Shown piece by piece: positions 28,919 through 41,762 of a DNA stretch of 64,000 nucleotides. Positions within the stretch are counted from its first letter, which is position 1; each line of letters begins with the position of its first letter. The position numbers were made by a program, and so were the translations under genes. The stretch comes from Magallana gigas. Lineage: Eukaryota. The DNA lies in NCBI RefSeq assembly GCF_963853765.1, contig NC_088861.1:2480001-2544000 (forward strand), read 5' to 3'. The notes beneath the pieces are model-generated. The model was not told where the DNA came from. It saw only the letters and a list, made by a program, of their open reading frames with translations, and did not search any database.

Positions 28919-30798
28919 GGATACTTCAAATATACTTCAAATACCTGATGGATTGGAGCATGGAGATGCTGTGTGGGCCATTGAAAGTATTCATCAGGGG
29001 GAAAAAAATATGAATTTGAAATTTTTTCAAGAATTAGAATTTAGAGTCATTCTCAGTTGAACTCTTACCTAATTGACACAAATACCAGTAATAAGCAAAA
29101 TGTTCATACATGCATGTTGAAATGATCTTATAAATAATTCTGTTTATTAAAAATGAGCATCTACTGGAAAAGCACAGGAAAAGGGGTTTAAATATCCAAG
29201 TTAATCAAATTTCATTTTGATATTATTTTGTTTTTACTAGTCTAAGGGAACATTTAGTATATATAGGTATCAAAGTACGGTATTGTGTACGTATTACATA
29301 TAATAAAATTATCAAGTTATAAATATTCAGTTGATCTCCCTACTTTAAATAAACATGCATAGATATCAGTGAAACTTTAGGTTAATTTGCATTTTCTTGT
29401 AATGATTTTTGACATTATACTAAAAATTCACAATGCCTGGTATTCATTAAACACAAGTACTGAAAGAACCTGGATAACTAGTTTGTAGGAGTAAAATGAA
29501 CTGAACATACTCTGTTGTTACATTTCCTTGTTTATGTTTACAGATAAAATATCATATAAATATGTAAGGTATTAGGCTAAAAACATCCTCAAAATGCACA
29601 GATGTTATTAAAAGATGCTTACTTACTTATAGACACTTACTAACAAGATAAATCAGTGGAACTTCCAAACACACACACAGCCTTTTGTCCTAACTATTCC
29701 TTCATAGTAACATGGCTGCCGCATGGAACGAAATGATTTAATCTTTTTTTTCTAATTGTATTCAAAAGCTTGATTAGAATGTATAGAAGACAAATGTTTA
29801 AATGTTTCTTTTGGGGTTTGTCCCCAGTGTTGAGGCTCGGATTAAAGTCCAGGGATTATTGGCAGATTAAATGTAACAATCCGCACGCTTCGACGTCATT
29901 AACACAATGTGATCTCCAAAGATGCACTGGTATTGATGCGTGTGTTCATTCTATCATTAAACTCATCAAAAAAATGTATTTTGTTGATCGTCCAGGGGGT
30001 AATATAATCATGTTGGGTTGTATTAGAGACAGGACAGTCTTAACCTAGCAAATGATGAAGGTACACTTTGGATCTAATAGAATAGTTTTGTATCTTTAAT
30101 ATACTAATTCAGGTAGAGTAGACAATTTTTGTTGTTAAAAAAGGTTTTGTAATGATGTATAATGCATCATGTACTTTGATTAATCTACTTTTTTTTTAAA
30201 AGTTCAAACTATTAATTTAATTTAAGAAGTATTTTATTTAAGTATATAGATACATTGAAATGGATTGAACAGCAGGCATAATGCCTATTTATGTTCTCTC
30301 CTGTAGTCAAGGTTTAATATGAGAAATTATATTATTTTATATAAGATATATGCATATATATTAATGCAACTGAATTTTGTATAATAGATTAATATTATAA
30401 ATAGCATTGGAAGGAGGTACAGTGCAAAAAATAAAACAAATAGCTTATGATAGGAAAATGAAAATAAAAAAAATAGAAAAATAATAGTTAATTGCTAAGG
30501 TTGAAAATAAAAAAAAGTATATGTAGTGTAGAGAAAAAATGAGAAAGAAAAGAAAAAACACGTAATAATAACAAAACAGAAATTGATAAAATGGAAAGTT
30601 TGGGGGAAGGGGGGTGGGAGGGGGAGGGAGAGAACAAATAAGCAATAAAAAAAAATGAAAAGAAGGGAGTGTAAGGAAAGTTCAAACTATTACAGAAATT
30701 TTATATATATGTTTGGATGATTTCCTCTGTGTAACATAATCCTCTTTAATTAGTTAAGCTGAAATGATTTGATTAATATATGCATGGAATTCCTGTTT

Positions 30799-30832
<34 letters not shown>

Positions 30833-33123
30833 CCCCACTTTCTTCATTGATTCAAAACGGAGACATGAATAGTGGTCTCTTTATCTGGGATAGAGAGTAC
30901 TCTAACGTGCAGAACTCTATATATACATTCAGAAAAATTCCACTACTCTTTTTGTGTATAAAAAATACATGATTGCGTGTTGTGTTTTTGGGGTGTGCAT
31001 GAGAAAAAGGAGGAGGTATCTTGTCATTTGGATTTTTATAGTTTTTGACCCTTTTAATTGCAGCTAAATCTAATAAAGATAACTAATATTACTTTACATC
31101 AGACTTTTGTGGGTTTCATTAAACTACAAGATCATCTAATTTTGGGTCATTTCGATCATTTGAATACCTCTACCCAAACTTTAAAATGTCAAGTGTCAGT
31201 TAACTATTTAAAGAGGCTTGGTGATAATTTTGGTCAAAAATTATTTTTCCAATTTTATTGTTTACAATGCTTCAGTAAGGCATTCTTAATAGGCAACCAA
31301 AATTGAGTGCCATTTGTTGAATTATAAGTGAGTTTATACAGAGCTTATAATTCTTTGCTATGACTAAACAAAGCTTTTGTTTACATTTGATTGTTGAAGT
31401 GAAAATTCCAGTTTTAGACCTAAAATGAATGTGTTTAACATTAGGAACTGTTTATTTATGTTTAAAATGAATAAGAACACAAACAAATCAGCTTGAAAAA
31501 GTCTTCCGATTCAGAGAGAAAATTTGTAGAATTGATATAAATTTGTATTCAATGTTTTATATTGCAAACCTTTTTTGAATCATTGTTCGACGTTCGTATC
31601 AAAAATGAATCTATTTAAGCTTATTGGTAACGATGATCATCAAAATCATCATTCAGATATATTGCAGCTATAGCTCTGTGTTCTATGCAGTTTCCCATAT
31701 ACTAAGAATTTTTTAAAAATGTTTAAACTAGAATGCCTTTACCAAAAGGAGATTTTTAAAAAAGTAAGACTATTGAAGGTTTAAGAAATTGCAAAAAACT
31801 CATAACTAGGTTACGCAACTTTTGAGCCACTTCTTTTAATGGGTCCAAAGTTGCATCACTGAGTTATGGCTTTTTTGTGCCAGTGTAGAGAGAAAAAGTG
31901 ATAATTAAATCAAAAATGTATTTCACATTAAAATTCAAAATCAGGCACAAAATAACAGGTTTTCAACCCAGCTAGTACCTGTAAAAGGCAATCCGAAGTC
32001 TCTGTAATATTCATGTTTAAAACTAAATTCCCCCACCCAGACATTTCCATGTTGACAATAAGGTGATCCATGCAAATCCATTTCCTCAATTTTGATGCAA
32101 TCATTATTTGCAGTGATTTATTTTGTCCCAGTACAAACTTTATGCAAGATTCGAACCCCGAAGCAAATATCGATTGGGTCTGATTTGATGTTCCTGTCAT
32201 GATGTAACACATACATGTACTAATTTTTCAACGTTTATTTTTTTTTCATTTTTTGTGTTACGTTACATAAAAACATAAAGGAGTTACCTTTAGAAAAACA
32301 ATTTCCTTGGACACGTACTGGTACTTAAAGTTTTTTTTTTACCTATGCATCATGCATGTTTTTATGCTAATGTACATTTAAAATAAACAATATAGAGTTT
32401 TACCTACCGGTTTTCGAGTGCCTGTTGGCTGTTATAGAGGGACCTTCATATTTTCTGATAGGATTCAGATAGGGCTGTTTAGACCATTGTCAATAGAAAA
32501 TGTCTGTGTTATTGCTTCATGGAGAGAGCTGATAAATCAAAGCTCGGGAGAGCTTTTAAGGACTTAGAAAAATTTATCGCTGCTTTTCAAGAGCTTGTCT
32601 AACTGTCGGGCTGACTAAATAGATAGTTCAGGGGGGCCAAATCCACGGGATTATCACCCTAGTCAGAGCCCCCTAATACCGAAATGTACCTCTCAATGTT
32701 ACGTAGAGAATTCGAATGATAACCAAACTATTATTGATGAAAAATGGCTCTATTTGTAGTCTTGAGATATGATTTGATATGGCATCAGAATTCCCGATTA
32801 CCCTTCGATATTCCCCGCAATGTGATTGAGTGATTTGAACTCTCATTCGTCCACGAGTTCTTGATGTTACACAAACAAAAAAAGGATTTTAGCATTTCTT
32901 AACAATGCGAAATTAAGCGCTGGTTTTAATTCATCTCCTTTTAATTAGCAGTATATTGTAAGATCAGGGACTAAATCTATCCACCTGACTCCGAGGGCAT
33001 TTAAATCAAACACTGTATGTACATGAAGGTTCCTGCTTCAAAGTTGTGTTGTTGTGAGAAATAATAGCAAACAATTCTAAAGGGACTTTTTTAAAAACAA
33101 TCAGAGATAACTGCTGGTGTTGT

Positions 33124-33674
33124 GATTTATGAAGTTTGTTCCCACGCATCCAGAGATGGGGGATGATTTTAAGAGGAACCCCCAATTCCAGGTTATGGGT
33201 CTGCCTGTAAGTATACAGGTGTACATAGGAAAATACTTAAGCTCTAGAAAATTGTTCATGATTACAACATGACTTCATGATGAGAGTCAAACTGAATTGT
33301 TTGTTGAAGGGCTTTTTTTTTGCTATGTCATTTGAATTATTCGATTTTGTTATTGAATTACTACTACTTTGATAAGCTTTCTTGCAAAAAATCAAGATAC
33401 CTTACCAGGCATTTCTGCAAAATACTAGAGTATGCAATTTCCTATTAAATGATCTTCTTGAAAATACACTTGAATTGCTGATTTATGAAGTTTGTTCCCA
33501 CGAATCCAGAGATGGGGGAAAATACTTTAAAAGCTCTGGCAAAATGTTCATGATTACTACATGACTAAGACTTCATGATGAGAGTTAAATTAAATTGAAT
33601 TGTTTGTTTAAGGGCTTTTTTTAAATGGAAAAATGATGATGGAAGAAGGCTATGTCATTTGAATTATTGGATTT
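33124..33674 (+). repeat. Diverged local direct repeat (33124-33347 and 33480-33674)
   Basis: GATTTATGAAGTTTGTTCCCACG.ATCCAGAGATGGGG and GACTTCATGATGAGAGT each occur twice, in the same order. Confidence 0.8.
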
Positions 33675-34494
33675 CACTCATAGATTTTTCTTCGAAAATG
33701 TAGAAGGGAACATTTGTGTGTTAATGTACTGTTTCCAGAGTTTTAGCAGTCTCTATAGAAAAACTGTCATGTTGCATTGTTAGCTGAGAGATAATTAATT
33801 AGTTTCCCAGTTTTTAATTGTAGACTATTGTATGAAATCCAAATCAATGATAAAGGCATTCCATTTATTTTGAATCTGTGATTGCATTACTACAGTGTTC
33901 ATTGAAAATTAAGCCTTCTTCAAAAGGGGACCGATAAAAAATGTATTTTCATATTAAAACGATGCATGCATTGTGTCTATACTATTTCATAATTTCTGAC
34001 CATGGCAAGGGACTACACTATGACAACTGATAGTTACATTAGATAAGTTTCTAATTCATAATTAGTAGGTCTTAACAATCTCCAATCCTCAGCAATATTC
34101 AATAACTCTAAATTATATGATATTTTTTATTTGTACCTTAAATCTGCCTTTATATAGACAAGTTGAATAAGTCTTGTAATGTTAATATAACACATACATG
34201 TAATTATTCAATGAACTGGTTGGCTTAGTGGCTTCTCGGAAATCTAGTTTATAAAGAAAAAGGGGTTCAAGCCATCGATTTACCAGTACAACCATTTCTC
34301 CCTTTCTGTTCTGTCTGTCTGTTTCTCTAACAGTTGTCTGCCTCCTCTCTTTGTCTTTCTGTCCATCTCTGTCTCTCTCTCTCTCTGTCTCTCTCTCTCT
34401 CTCTCTGTCTGAGAGGAATGTGTTACTAATATACAGTTGAACCAATAAACTTAAGAAAGTTAAATTAAACATTGACATTCAATGAATATTAAGC

Positions 34495-35210
34495 TCAGAC
34501 TAAGCATTTTTTTGGTGTAGATAGTTTTTGTTTTGAAGTCTCTCTGCTTTGCTGAGAGGGACTCTACCAAATCTTCTTTTACCATAATTCAGTTTCTATA
34601 AAAATTACCTTGTAAATCTAAGTTAATAATATCATTTGTCAGATGTTTGAATCCACCATAACCTTTTTACATAGGAGAGTTAAGGTGTGTTGGTAATTAG
34701 CTTTTAGCAGTATAAATCCTGTGTTATTGCCATTGGCAAAGATAAAACCCTAGCTGAAGCTTGGCTGATTTTGATGACTTTTTAGTTTTAAAAACTTGAA
34801 ATAAAAATCGTATTAACCATCTGTTTCTAACATTCCTGTCTCTTATTAAAGTTTGAATTTATTGTGAACTTATTTCAAATCACAGATTTTTTTTTACAAA
34901 AATAATGGTACAAAACTGCAATCAATAAATTGAATGCTGCAATACCATTACATTTGCCACATTCAAAGAAAGAGTCTCAATTAGAGAATCCTTAATCGAA
35001 ATTTAAAATGGAAATTGGAAGTACCGCTAGATACTATTCATGGCAGTCATTATTTTCCTGATAGAATTTTTTACAACATGAAAATGAGTCTTGAAATTTA
35101 CTTCTGGGACAATTAATGGACTCTTAAGGAAAACTTTTGAATCAAGTGAAAGGTGTGAACTTTAAGTTAAGAAGGCGTGATGGGTAAAACTGTTAAATTG
35201 GGAGGAATAT
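34495..35210 (+). repeat. Diverged ~700-bp direct repeat, copy 2
   Basis: Colinear with 28161-28850; like copy 1 it is preceded by a CT-rich tract (34310-34410). Confidence 0.85.
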
Positions 35211-36257
35211 TCCAATCTATATTTGATTTGCTTGTGCTAATGACAATTTCTTAATGATAGGAATAGTATATATATTGTATGTAAGTGTATGTATACTAGA
35301 AACTAGCTGCAATAATGTAGCCCTCTACGATTTTGTATATCTGATGTTTAAAAAAAATCAAAAAAAAAAAAAAAATCGGGAGAGGGCTACATTATTGCAG
35401 CTAACTAGGAACTATTCCACATTTATAATGGGGACAAAGAAAAGCAATATATTTGCCACTCTCCTATAAAGTTCTATTGAAATCCAGCACTAATTTGATA
35501 TTTTTCAAAAAACTTCAGTAGAATTCTATCAGAGAAACTCTATCTCTATGATATCAGGAGACGATTACTGTGACTATCAAATTCATGTCAGAGTTTCTGC
35601 CCTTAGAGGGTTATAATGAAAATTGTGTCATAGCAAAGAGCTTGGATGTATTTCTTTTGCATTTATACTTAATCTTTAATGATATTTGTTTCATGCCAAG
35701 CATACTTCTGTAATTAAGATGAATTTTTTATCAACATGTATTTAATTCTTTAATTTTTTTCCTCCTACCTACATGTACTATACACAATTCAATTAACAAC
35801 CTGAGGGCCATCATGCTTTTGTTTTGAGATGGGGGGGGGGGGCTATTTTTATAATCATATAAACAACCTTTTATAAACATAATTATTATATTAATTGATT
35901 GATTCTGAATTTTCTCAGGACCTTTGTTATGAATTTGACTATAAATTTAATTTAATTAATATGTCTGATCGAATTTTCTTGAAATTGCCCAAAACCCCCC
36001 TCTCCTCCCCTTCTAAATTGCATGTCTGGAGGTGTATAAATTTGGTTTATAAAGCCTGAGACTCCAGCTGGCTTTAAATAATAGAAAAACTCTAGATTTG
36101 AGCATGCTCATCCTTTCATATTCAAATTGAATCATGTGGATGCTTGAATCATTATAAATACTTTGAAGTGTTGTCTTAATTCAAAAAGTACAGAAGTAAT
36201 ACACATTAACAACATTACATATATGGTAGAGTCAGGTTTTATATGATTCCTAGTAAA

Positions 36258-36345
36258 GCTCTGCATGGCTCAGTGGTCAGGTTAAATGGTACAGTGCTGG
36301 ATTTAGATGCCAGAGGATCCAGGTTCAAAACCCAACAGAGGCAAT
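36258..36345 (+). mobile_element. Degenerate tRNA-derived SINE head
   Basis: A-box-like TGGCTCAGTGG (36266) and B-box-like GGTTCAAAAC (36322); no intact cloverleaf. Confidence 0.35.
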
Positions 36346-37429
36346 ATTTGTCTCTGTTACACATACAGTGTACTTTGATCAATGGGATTTGAGCAAAGTT
36401 CCAGACCGACCTTCTGATGTTGGTTGACTTAGTGATTAGAAGAACCAGTCCCACTTTCCCAACCCAATCAAACCAAAACATAACATGTTATATAGTCCAA
36501 TAAAGGAAGTGAAAACTTCCACTTTACTGCTGCACAAGTTGTGCTGTGAATAGGATACCTCCCTCCACCCAGTAAGTATGCTTAAACAAAAACCTTACTT
36601 TTACCTTTCTATCCTGTTATCTATCAACACTTTTTTGTCAATTTATTCAATGCACAACTTTTTATCCTGATTCAGATGACAGAAGTTACTAAAGGTACAT
36701 AAAAATCTTGAGCTTCTTCAAGAATCTAAAAGGAAGACTAAATTCCAAAAATTTACTTTTCCCCCCGAGTACATTTCGAGAGAAAAATTCCTTTCAATTT
36801 TTATTGCTAATTGCACCTGTGAATTCGTTATCTCAACTACTGATCGAGTTTCAATATATGTTCTAATTAATGTTTGCCTGTTTAAAATATATGAAATATT
36901 TATCAAAATGTTGATTCCGTTTTTTATGTTATAATTAAATTATGCTACAAACTTCAAAATACTTTTGACAAAGCCAGAATCAAAAATGAAAAAATCCTCC
37001 TACCTTTTGAGCTTTGTACGTCCATTGCAATATCCAAATGTGTACTGCAAATGTGAGGATTTTCGTTGGAAATGAATTTCTTTGATCCAATTGTTTGAAC
37101 TTCTTAAATGACTGTACAAGATTGTTCACCTGCAAAGCGACGACTTTTCTCAATAGATTTTCAGACTTTCATTTATTTAGTTCTGTTATTCCGCTTTTTT
37201 CAATAATGAAAATATATTCAAGTCTGCTCAACAATCTTATCACAATTTCCTTTGGTCATTTAAATAAACATTTATCACGAAAATGTCATTTCCTTTAATG
37301 GGTATTTGGAGTTTCTTTTCACCTAGAAGCTGTAAAATATACCCCGTCTAAATGCAGGTTTATACTATAGCCTGCACTCAAGGTGTGAGCTAGTCCAAAA
37401 AAATTTCTTATTCCATTTTAGATTTTTAC

Positions 37430-38410
37430 TACACTTAACGGAAAATCGGCAGATTTCAATGGTTTCCATGCGGTGAAGTGTCTTTTTTGGAGCTCTAACC
37501 TCTGTCGTATTTCTCAGTCTTAATATTAACCAGCTAGCTTAGTAATAGAGAAACGCTTCAGAAGATCACAACAATCGCTTCATCGGATTTATTTATCTTT
37601 GGGCCTTGTTGAAATGAACACACAATGTGAAAATTAAGTAATTGATAGCAACAGTTTTAAAAGAACTTGTTCAAAAGACTCGGATCCTTTTATGTTCATT
37701 TCTTTGTCAAGCATAAATTCAGTGTTGATCAAGTACTTTATATTACTTTGGCAAAGAGAAAAGACAGTTGAATTTTATAAGGGCGTGAAGGAGCACATTA
37801 TTATAGAGAATTGTTACGTTCAATACCTGTGAGACATATTCTCTAGTCATTGGTAAAAAAAAAAGTGATCCGCAATGGATTTGGATGACCTAGGAAGTAC
37901 AAAAGTCGGATCTGATATGGATGTGGTGGTAACAAGTTGAAATCTATTGAAATGAAATTCAATGCTGATTGTTTTGATAATTGCGTGTATTGTTTTAAAA
38001 CCTTTATTCTAAGCTGTCTTGTTTTCTTGACAGTCAGAGTCATAATTCATTGTAGTTGAAAGTTTGGCTGGTGTTTTGATTAAATTTTTAAAAAGGTTGA
38101 AATCTCCAATACTTTTCCCATGCAGTATTTGCCTTGAATATATTTAATTGATCTTGCTTTGCATGTGTATTGGAAGTTCTATTGAAAGTTAAGCCATTTA
38201 TTTATTTTGTTATGCAAGTTTGCATAAGTATGGATTTAAAAAAAACTGAGGTTCTATATATCACTTTTACAGGACGCTGTTAAGATGAACCAGCTGCAGA
38301 ATCTTCTGCACGACTCGTTGATTGCGACAGACCATGTACATCACTGCGCCATTATCAGACGGAAGGACTGTAATGTCAGAGCTAGCTCAGTGGGCTTCAA
38401 TGTAAGTACA
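37430..38410 (+). repeat. Segmental duplication unit, high-identity block (partner 52775-53745)
   Basis: About 1 kb of intron plus PFN4 coding exon 1 aligns colinearly with 52775-53745, roughly 93-98% identity by eye. Confidence 0.92.
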
Positions 38411-40282
38411 TCAGTGCAACATGTAGCTTTAAGAGATTCAATTTGCTATGTACGTGTTAATAGGGCTGTAACATATTAGAGCTAGCTCTGTGATCTTCAG
38501 TGTACTTAGTACATGTACACAGGGCTGTAATATTAGAGCTAAATCCATGGGTTTCAATGTAAGAACATGTACATGTATACAGGGCTGTCATGCCAGAGCT
38601 AGCTCTGTGGGCTTCAATATAAGTACATATATACAGGGCTGTAACATCAGAGCTAGCTCTCTTAGCTTCAATGTAAGTACATGTATACAGGGCTGTAATG
38701 TCAGGGCTAGCTCTGTGGGCTTTAATGTAAGTACATGTACACAGGGCTGTAATGTCAGCTAGCTCTGTGGACTTTATGAAAGTACATGTATTCAGGGCTG
38801 TAATGTCAGAGCTAGCTCTGAGGGCTTTAAAATAAGTACATATATACAGGGTTGTAATGTCAGAGCTAGCATTGTGAACTTCATGTAAGTACGGTACATG
38901 TATTCAGGGCTTTTATTTCAGAGCTAGCTCCATGGGCTTCAATGTATGTACATGTATACTGGACTGTTTGGTCAGAGGTAGCTCTGCATGTAGGCTTCTT
39001 TATGCAGAGCTGTAACATCAGAGCTAGCTCTGCAGGCCCCAATGTTAAAACATGTATACAGGGTTATGTCAGAGCTAAGCTCTGTGGGCTTCAATATATC
39101 AGAGCTAGCTCTCTTGGCTTCAATGTAGGAACATGTATACAGGGCTGTAATGTCAGAGCTAGCTCTGTGGGCTTCAAAGTAAGTACATGTATACAGATCT
39201 GTAGCATCAGAGCTTGCTCCATTAGCTTTAATGTTAGTACATGTACATGAATACTCGACTGTTATTTGGGCTTCAATGTTGATATGTATTTACAGGCTGT
39301 TAAGTAGATGGTCAGTTTAAGTACACATATTGTTCACTTGCATTTAATGTACTATAGGAGGAAGTGCCATCCATTGTTCATATTACAACTACTGAAACCA
39401 GTCAATCTTACACAGATTTGAGAGAGATTTTCTATAGTCAGAATCTATTGATGCATTAAATAGCTTTTAATAAGATGATTTCAGATTTATGCTCCCAAGA
39501 AACTTTTTATCTAGTAAATAATATAATAGTATATAAAACATTGTATAGTGATGGTTGCTTATTTTTGTAAGACTTTCGTTCTAATTGTACAGCTCCATCA
39601 TGACCAAGTGCAGATGATGTTGGATGCCTTTAAGAACCCACCCCAGACTCGGGAAGAAGGCATTTACTTCGATGACCAGCAATACAAATGTGTTCGTGCC
39701 GACAAGAACTCCATATATGGGAAATGTGTAAGTATACATTTACAAGCTGCCTTATGTGCTGGAATGCATAAAGAGGATTAATTTTATTGATACATTGCTC
39801 TATCTCTGATGGTTGTGTTTCAGAATTAAGTTTCAATATCAATTCTCTGATTGGCTGAATTTAGTCACATGAAAACAATGTATCTTATAAATCTTATAAT
39901 TAAACTGTCAAAGTCAAATCTGTACCCAGCTGTACGTGTATTACTTGTTTAAATCTTACAAATAAATTTTGTTCTCTATAGGGTACGTACAAGATTTGCT
40001 AAATAGCTCATGCATTTTAGATTATTATCTTAAACAGGATAAACGAGGTTTGATATTGGTGAAAACTCAGTCGATGCTCATTGTGGCCACATACACAGAA
40101 AACATGTTTCCTAGTGTGTGTGTAGAAGCAGTGGAAAAGCTAGGTAACCCACCTTACTAAAGAATATCCTTCACTGTAAAATACAGAGTTAACTCCCTTA
40201 TTTTTGTCCTATTTTAATACATTTTATCAATATATTCTACTTTTTTGTTTCAGCTGATTATTTCAAAGAAAAAGGAAAATAA
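38285..40282 (+). CDS. PFN4: Profilin-4-like protein, 128 aa, complete
   Basis: Exons 38285-38401, 39593-39727, 40038-40143, 40254-40282 give MNQLQNLLHDSLIATDHVHHCAII..ASSVGFN|LHHDQVQ..REEGIYFDDQQYKCVRADKNSIYGKC|DKRGLILVKT..LIVATYTENMFPSVCVEAVEKL|ADYFKEKGK*. This matches remembered PFN4 (REGLYF..YRCVRAD, VATYTEGMYPSICVEA). AATAAA at 40328. An acceptor at 38272 implies an upstream non-coding exon. Confidence 0.93.
38365..39300 (+). repeat. 54-bp minisatellite derived from the PFN4 exon1/intron1 junction
   Basis: Unit GTACATGTATACAGGGCTGTAATGTCAGAGCTAGCTCTGTGGGCTTCAATGTAA, roughly 15-17 diverged copies; the first copy is the exon end itself. Confidence 0.92.
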
Positions 40283-40543
40283 CAGCAAAAAATAGCCGAT
40301 AGGATCTGTGATACATGTACATGTACCAATAAATGTTTTGTATACATTTTACTGAACAATCATTTTGAAGCATATTTTGATATTATATTTCTCATGTTTA
40401 CTTATTTGTTGTATAATGTGGCTTTATTTCTATATTAAAGATTTTATTGTAAAAAATGACCAAGATCGTTGGTTTTGAATTTATTATAGGCAGCTGTTAA
40501 CTGTAAAACTTAGACAAGAAGTTTAGGTATATTTAAGGAATAA

Positions 40544-40668
40544 GGAATCATTCTTTGAGTATTATGAAGTGATAGTGATCAAATCCAATAAAGCCCAAAG
40601 GGGTTTATGATAGATTTGATCTCGCCTAGACCGAAATTATCATCTCATAATATTCAAAGAATGATTCC
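40544..40668. mobile_element. Hairpin core of a non-autonomous repeat (element probably extends to ~40830)
   Basis: GGAATCATTCTTTGAGTATTATGA...TCATAATATTCAAAGAATGATTCC inverted repeat. Confidence 0.65.
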
Positions 40669-41762
40669 ATATTATATTTATATAATTTCAAACCATGGTA
40701 CAATTAAATATTTAAATATAAATAAGCAAACCCCGCTGGCGCCTCAATCTGGTGTCATTTGAAGTTATGGGTTATTTAGTACAAAATTAATATGTAGTGT
40801 TATCACAGGCAAAGACACTTGATATGTGAATTTATAAATGTAATATTTACTCTAACTGTATATTTCCCCCATGTTTGCATTGGAAATCTGTGATTTTCAT
40901 TTTTTAATACCAGGAAAAACCTGATCATGGCATATGCATGAGCACAAATAAACGTCATTGCAAGCTTTGAATAGATTAATACTTGTAAAATTAATTAAAA
41001 CATTCAAACTTACATAACCAATTTGATATGTATTAATGAAAAATAATTGTTAAGTCATATCTATTCCTCGAAATAAAAAAGACTTTTTGACAAAGTTTCT
41101 GGCACTATATTTTAATCTGCAGAAGCGAACTACAGGTATATACATGTAACATGTTTTATCATGGCTGTTCCTAATTATGCATATCCCTGAAAAAGAGGTT
41201 TATAATAGCTTTAAAGCGATGATACACAAATATTTCTTACAAATAAACATTGACAAATTATCATATTGCGCTAACACACAATATTTATTTTGTTTGCAAT
41301 AAGGCCTGACTAACAATATCCAAAAATAAGCATTGAATTCAATGCTATACAAAGTAATCAGTGCAGCAAGTTTGTTTATTTTATCAAAGAAATGACCTGT
41401 TTAACAAGCATTCTGAGAGTATTGCATAAGCAATACACGTCCCCTACCGGTTTGTATTATTCTATGAAAGCTTCCAAGCACACAACTATTTCAGAGCTAT
41501 TGTAAACGAGATGTCATGCTTTAATCAGAGATAAAAGAACAGAGGAAATTAAAACTATATAGTTGATATAGAAATTAAATACATTACTATACAAAATAGA
41601 TAAAATAATACTCTTTATTTCATCTCCTGGAATTTCGCCAAGTCTATTCTGTATTCGTTGGTAAAAATTTGTGAAAACAATGCACTGTTATGCACAATAT
41701 CATTTCTTGCCGTCTTCTGTACCCTGAATCAAACCAAACAGTTAAACAGCCCAACCCGAAAA

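Noticed and set aside
28714-29060. ORFs with ERERER / SLSLSL runs (also 142-369, 27904-28101, 34182-34478)
   Set aside because: These are translations of CT/GA microsatellites.
36720-37800. NACHT-like VFISTRP motif in a minus-strand frame
   Set aside because: Stop density is about what random AT-rich DNA gives; no Walker A motif is seen.
38490-39250. ORFs 38490-38762 and 38942-39250 as a Cys-rich repeat protein
   Set aside because: They arise from the 54-bp intronic minisatellite and are separated from PFN4 exon 1 by an in-frame stop.
38365-39300. CRISPR-like array
   Set aside because: Contiguous diverged units with no unique spacers, eukaryotic context, no cas genes.
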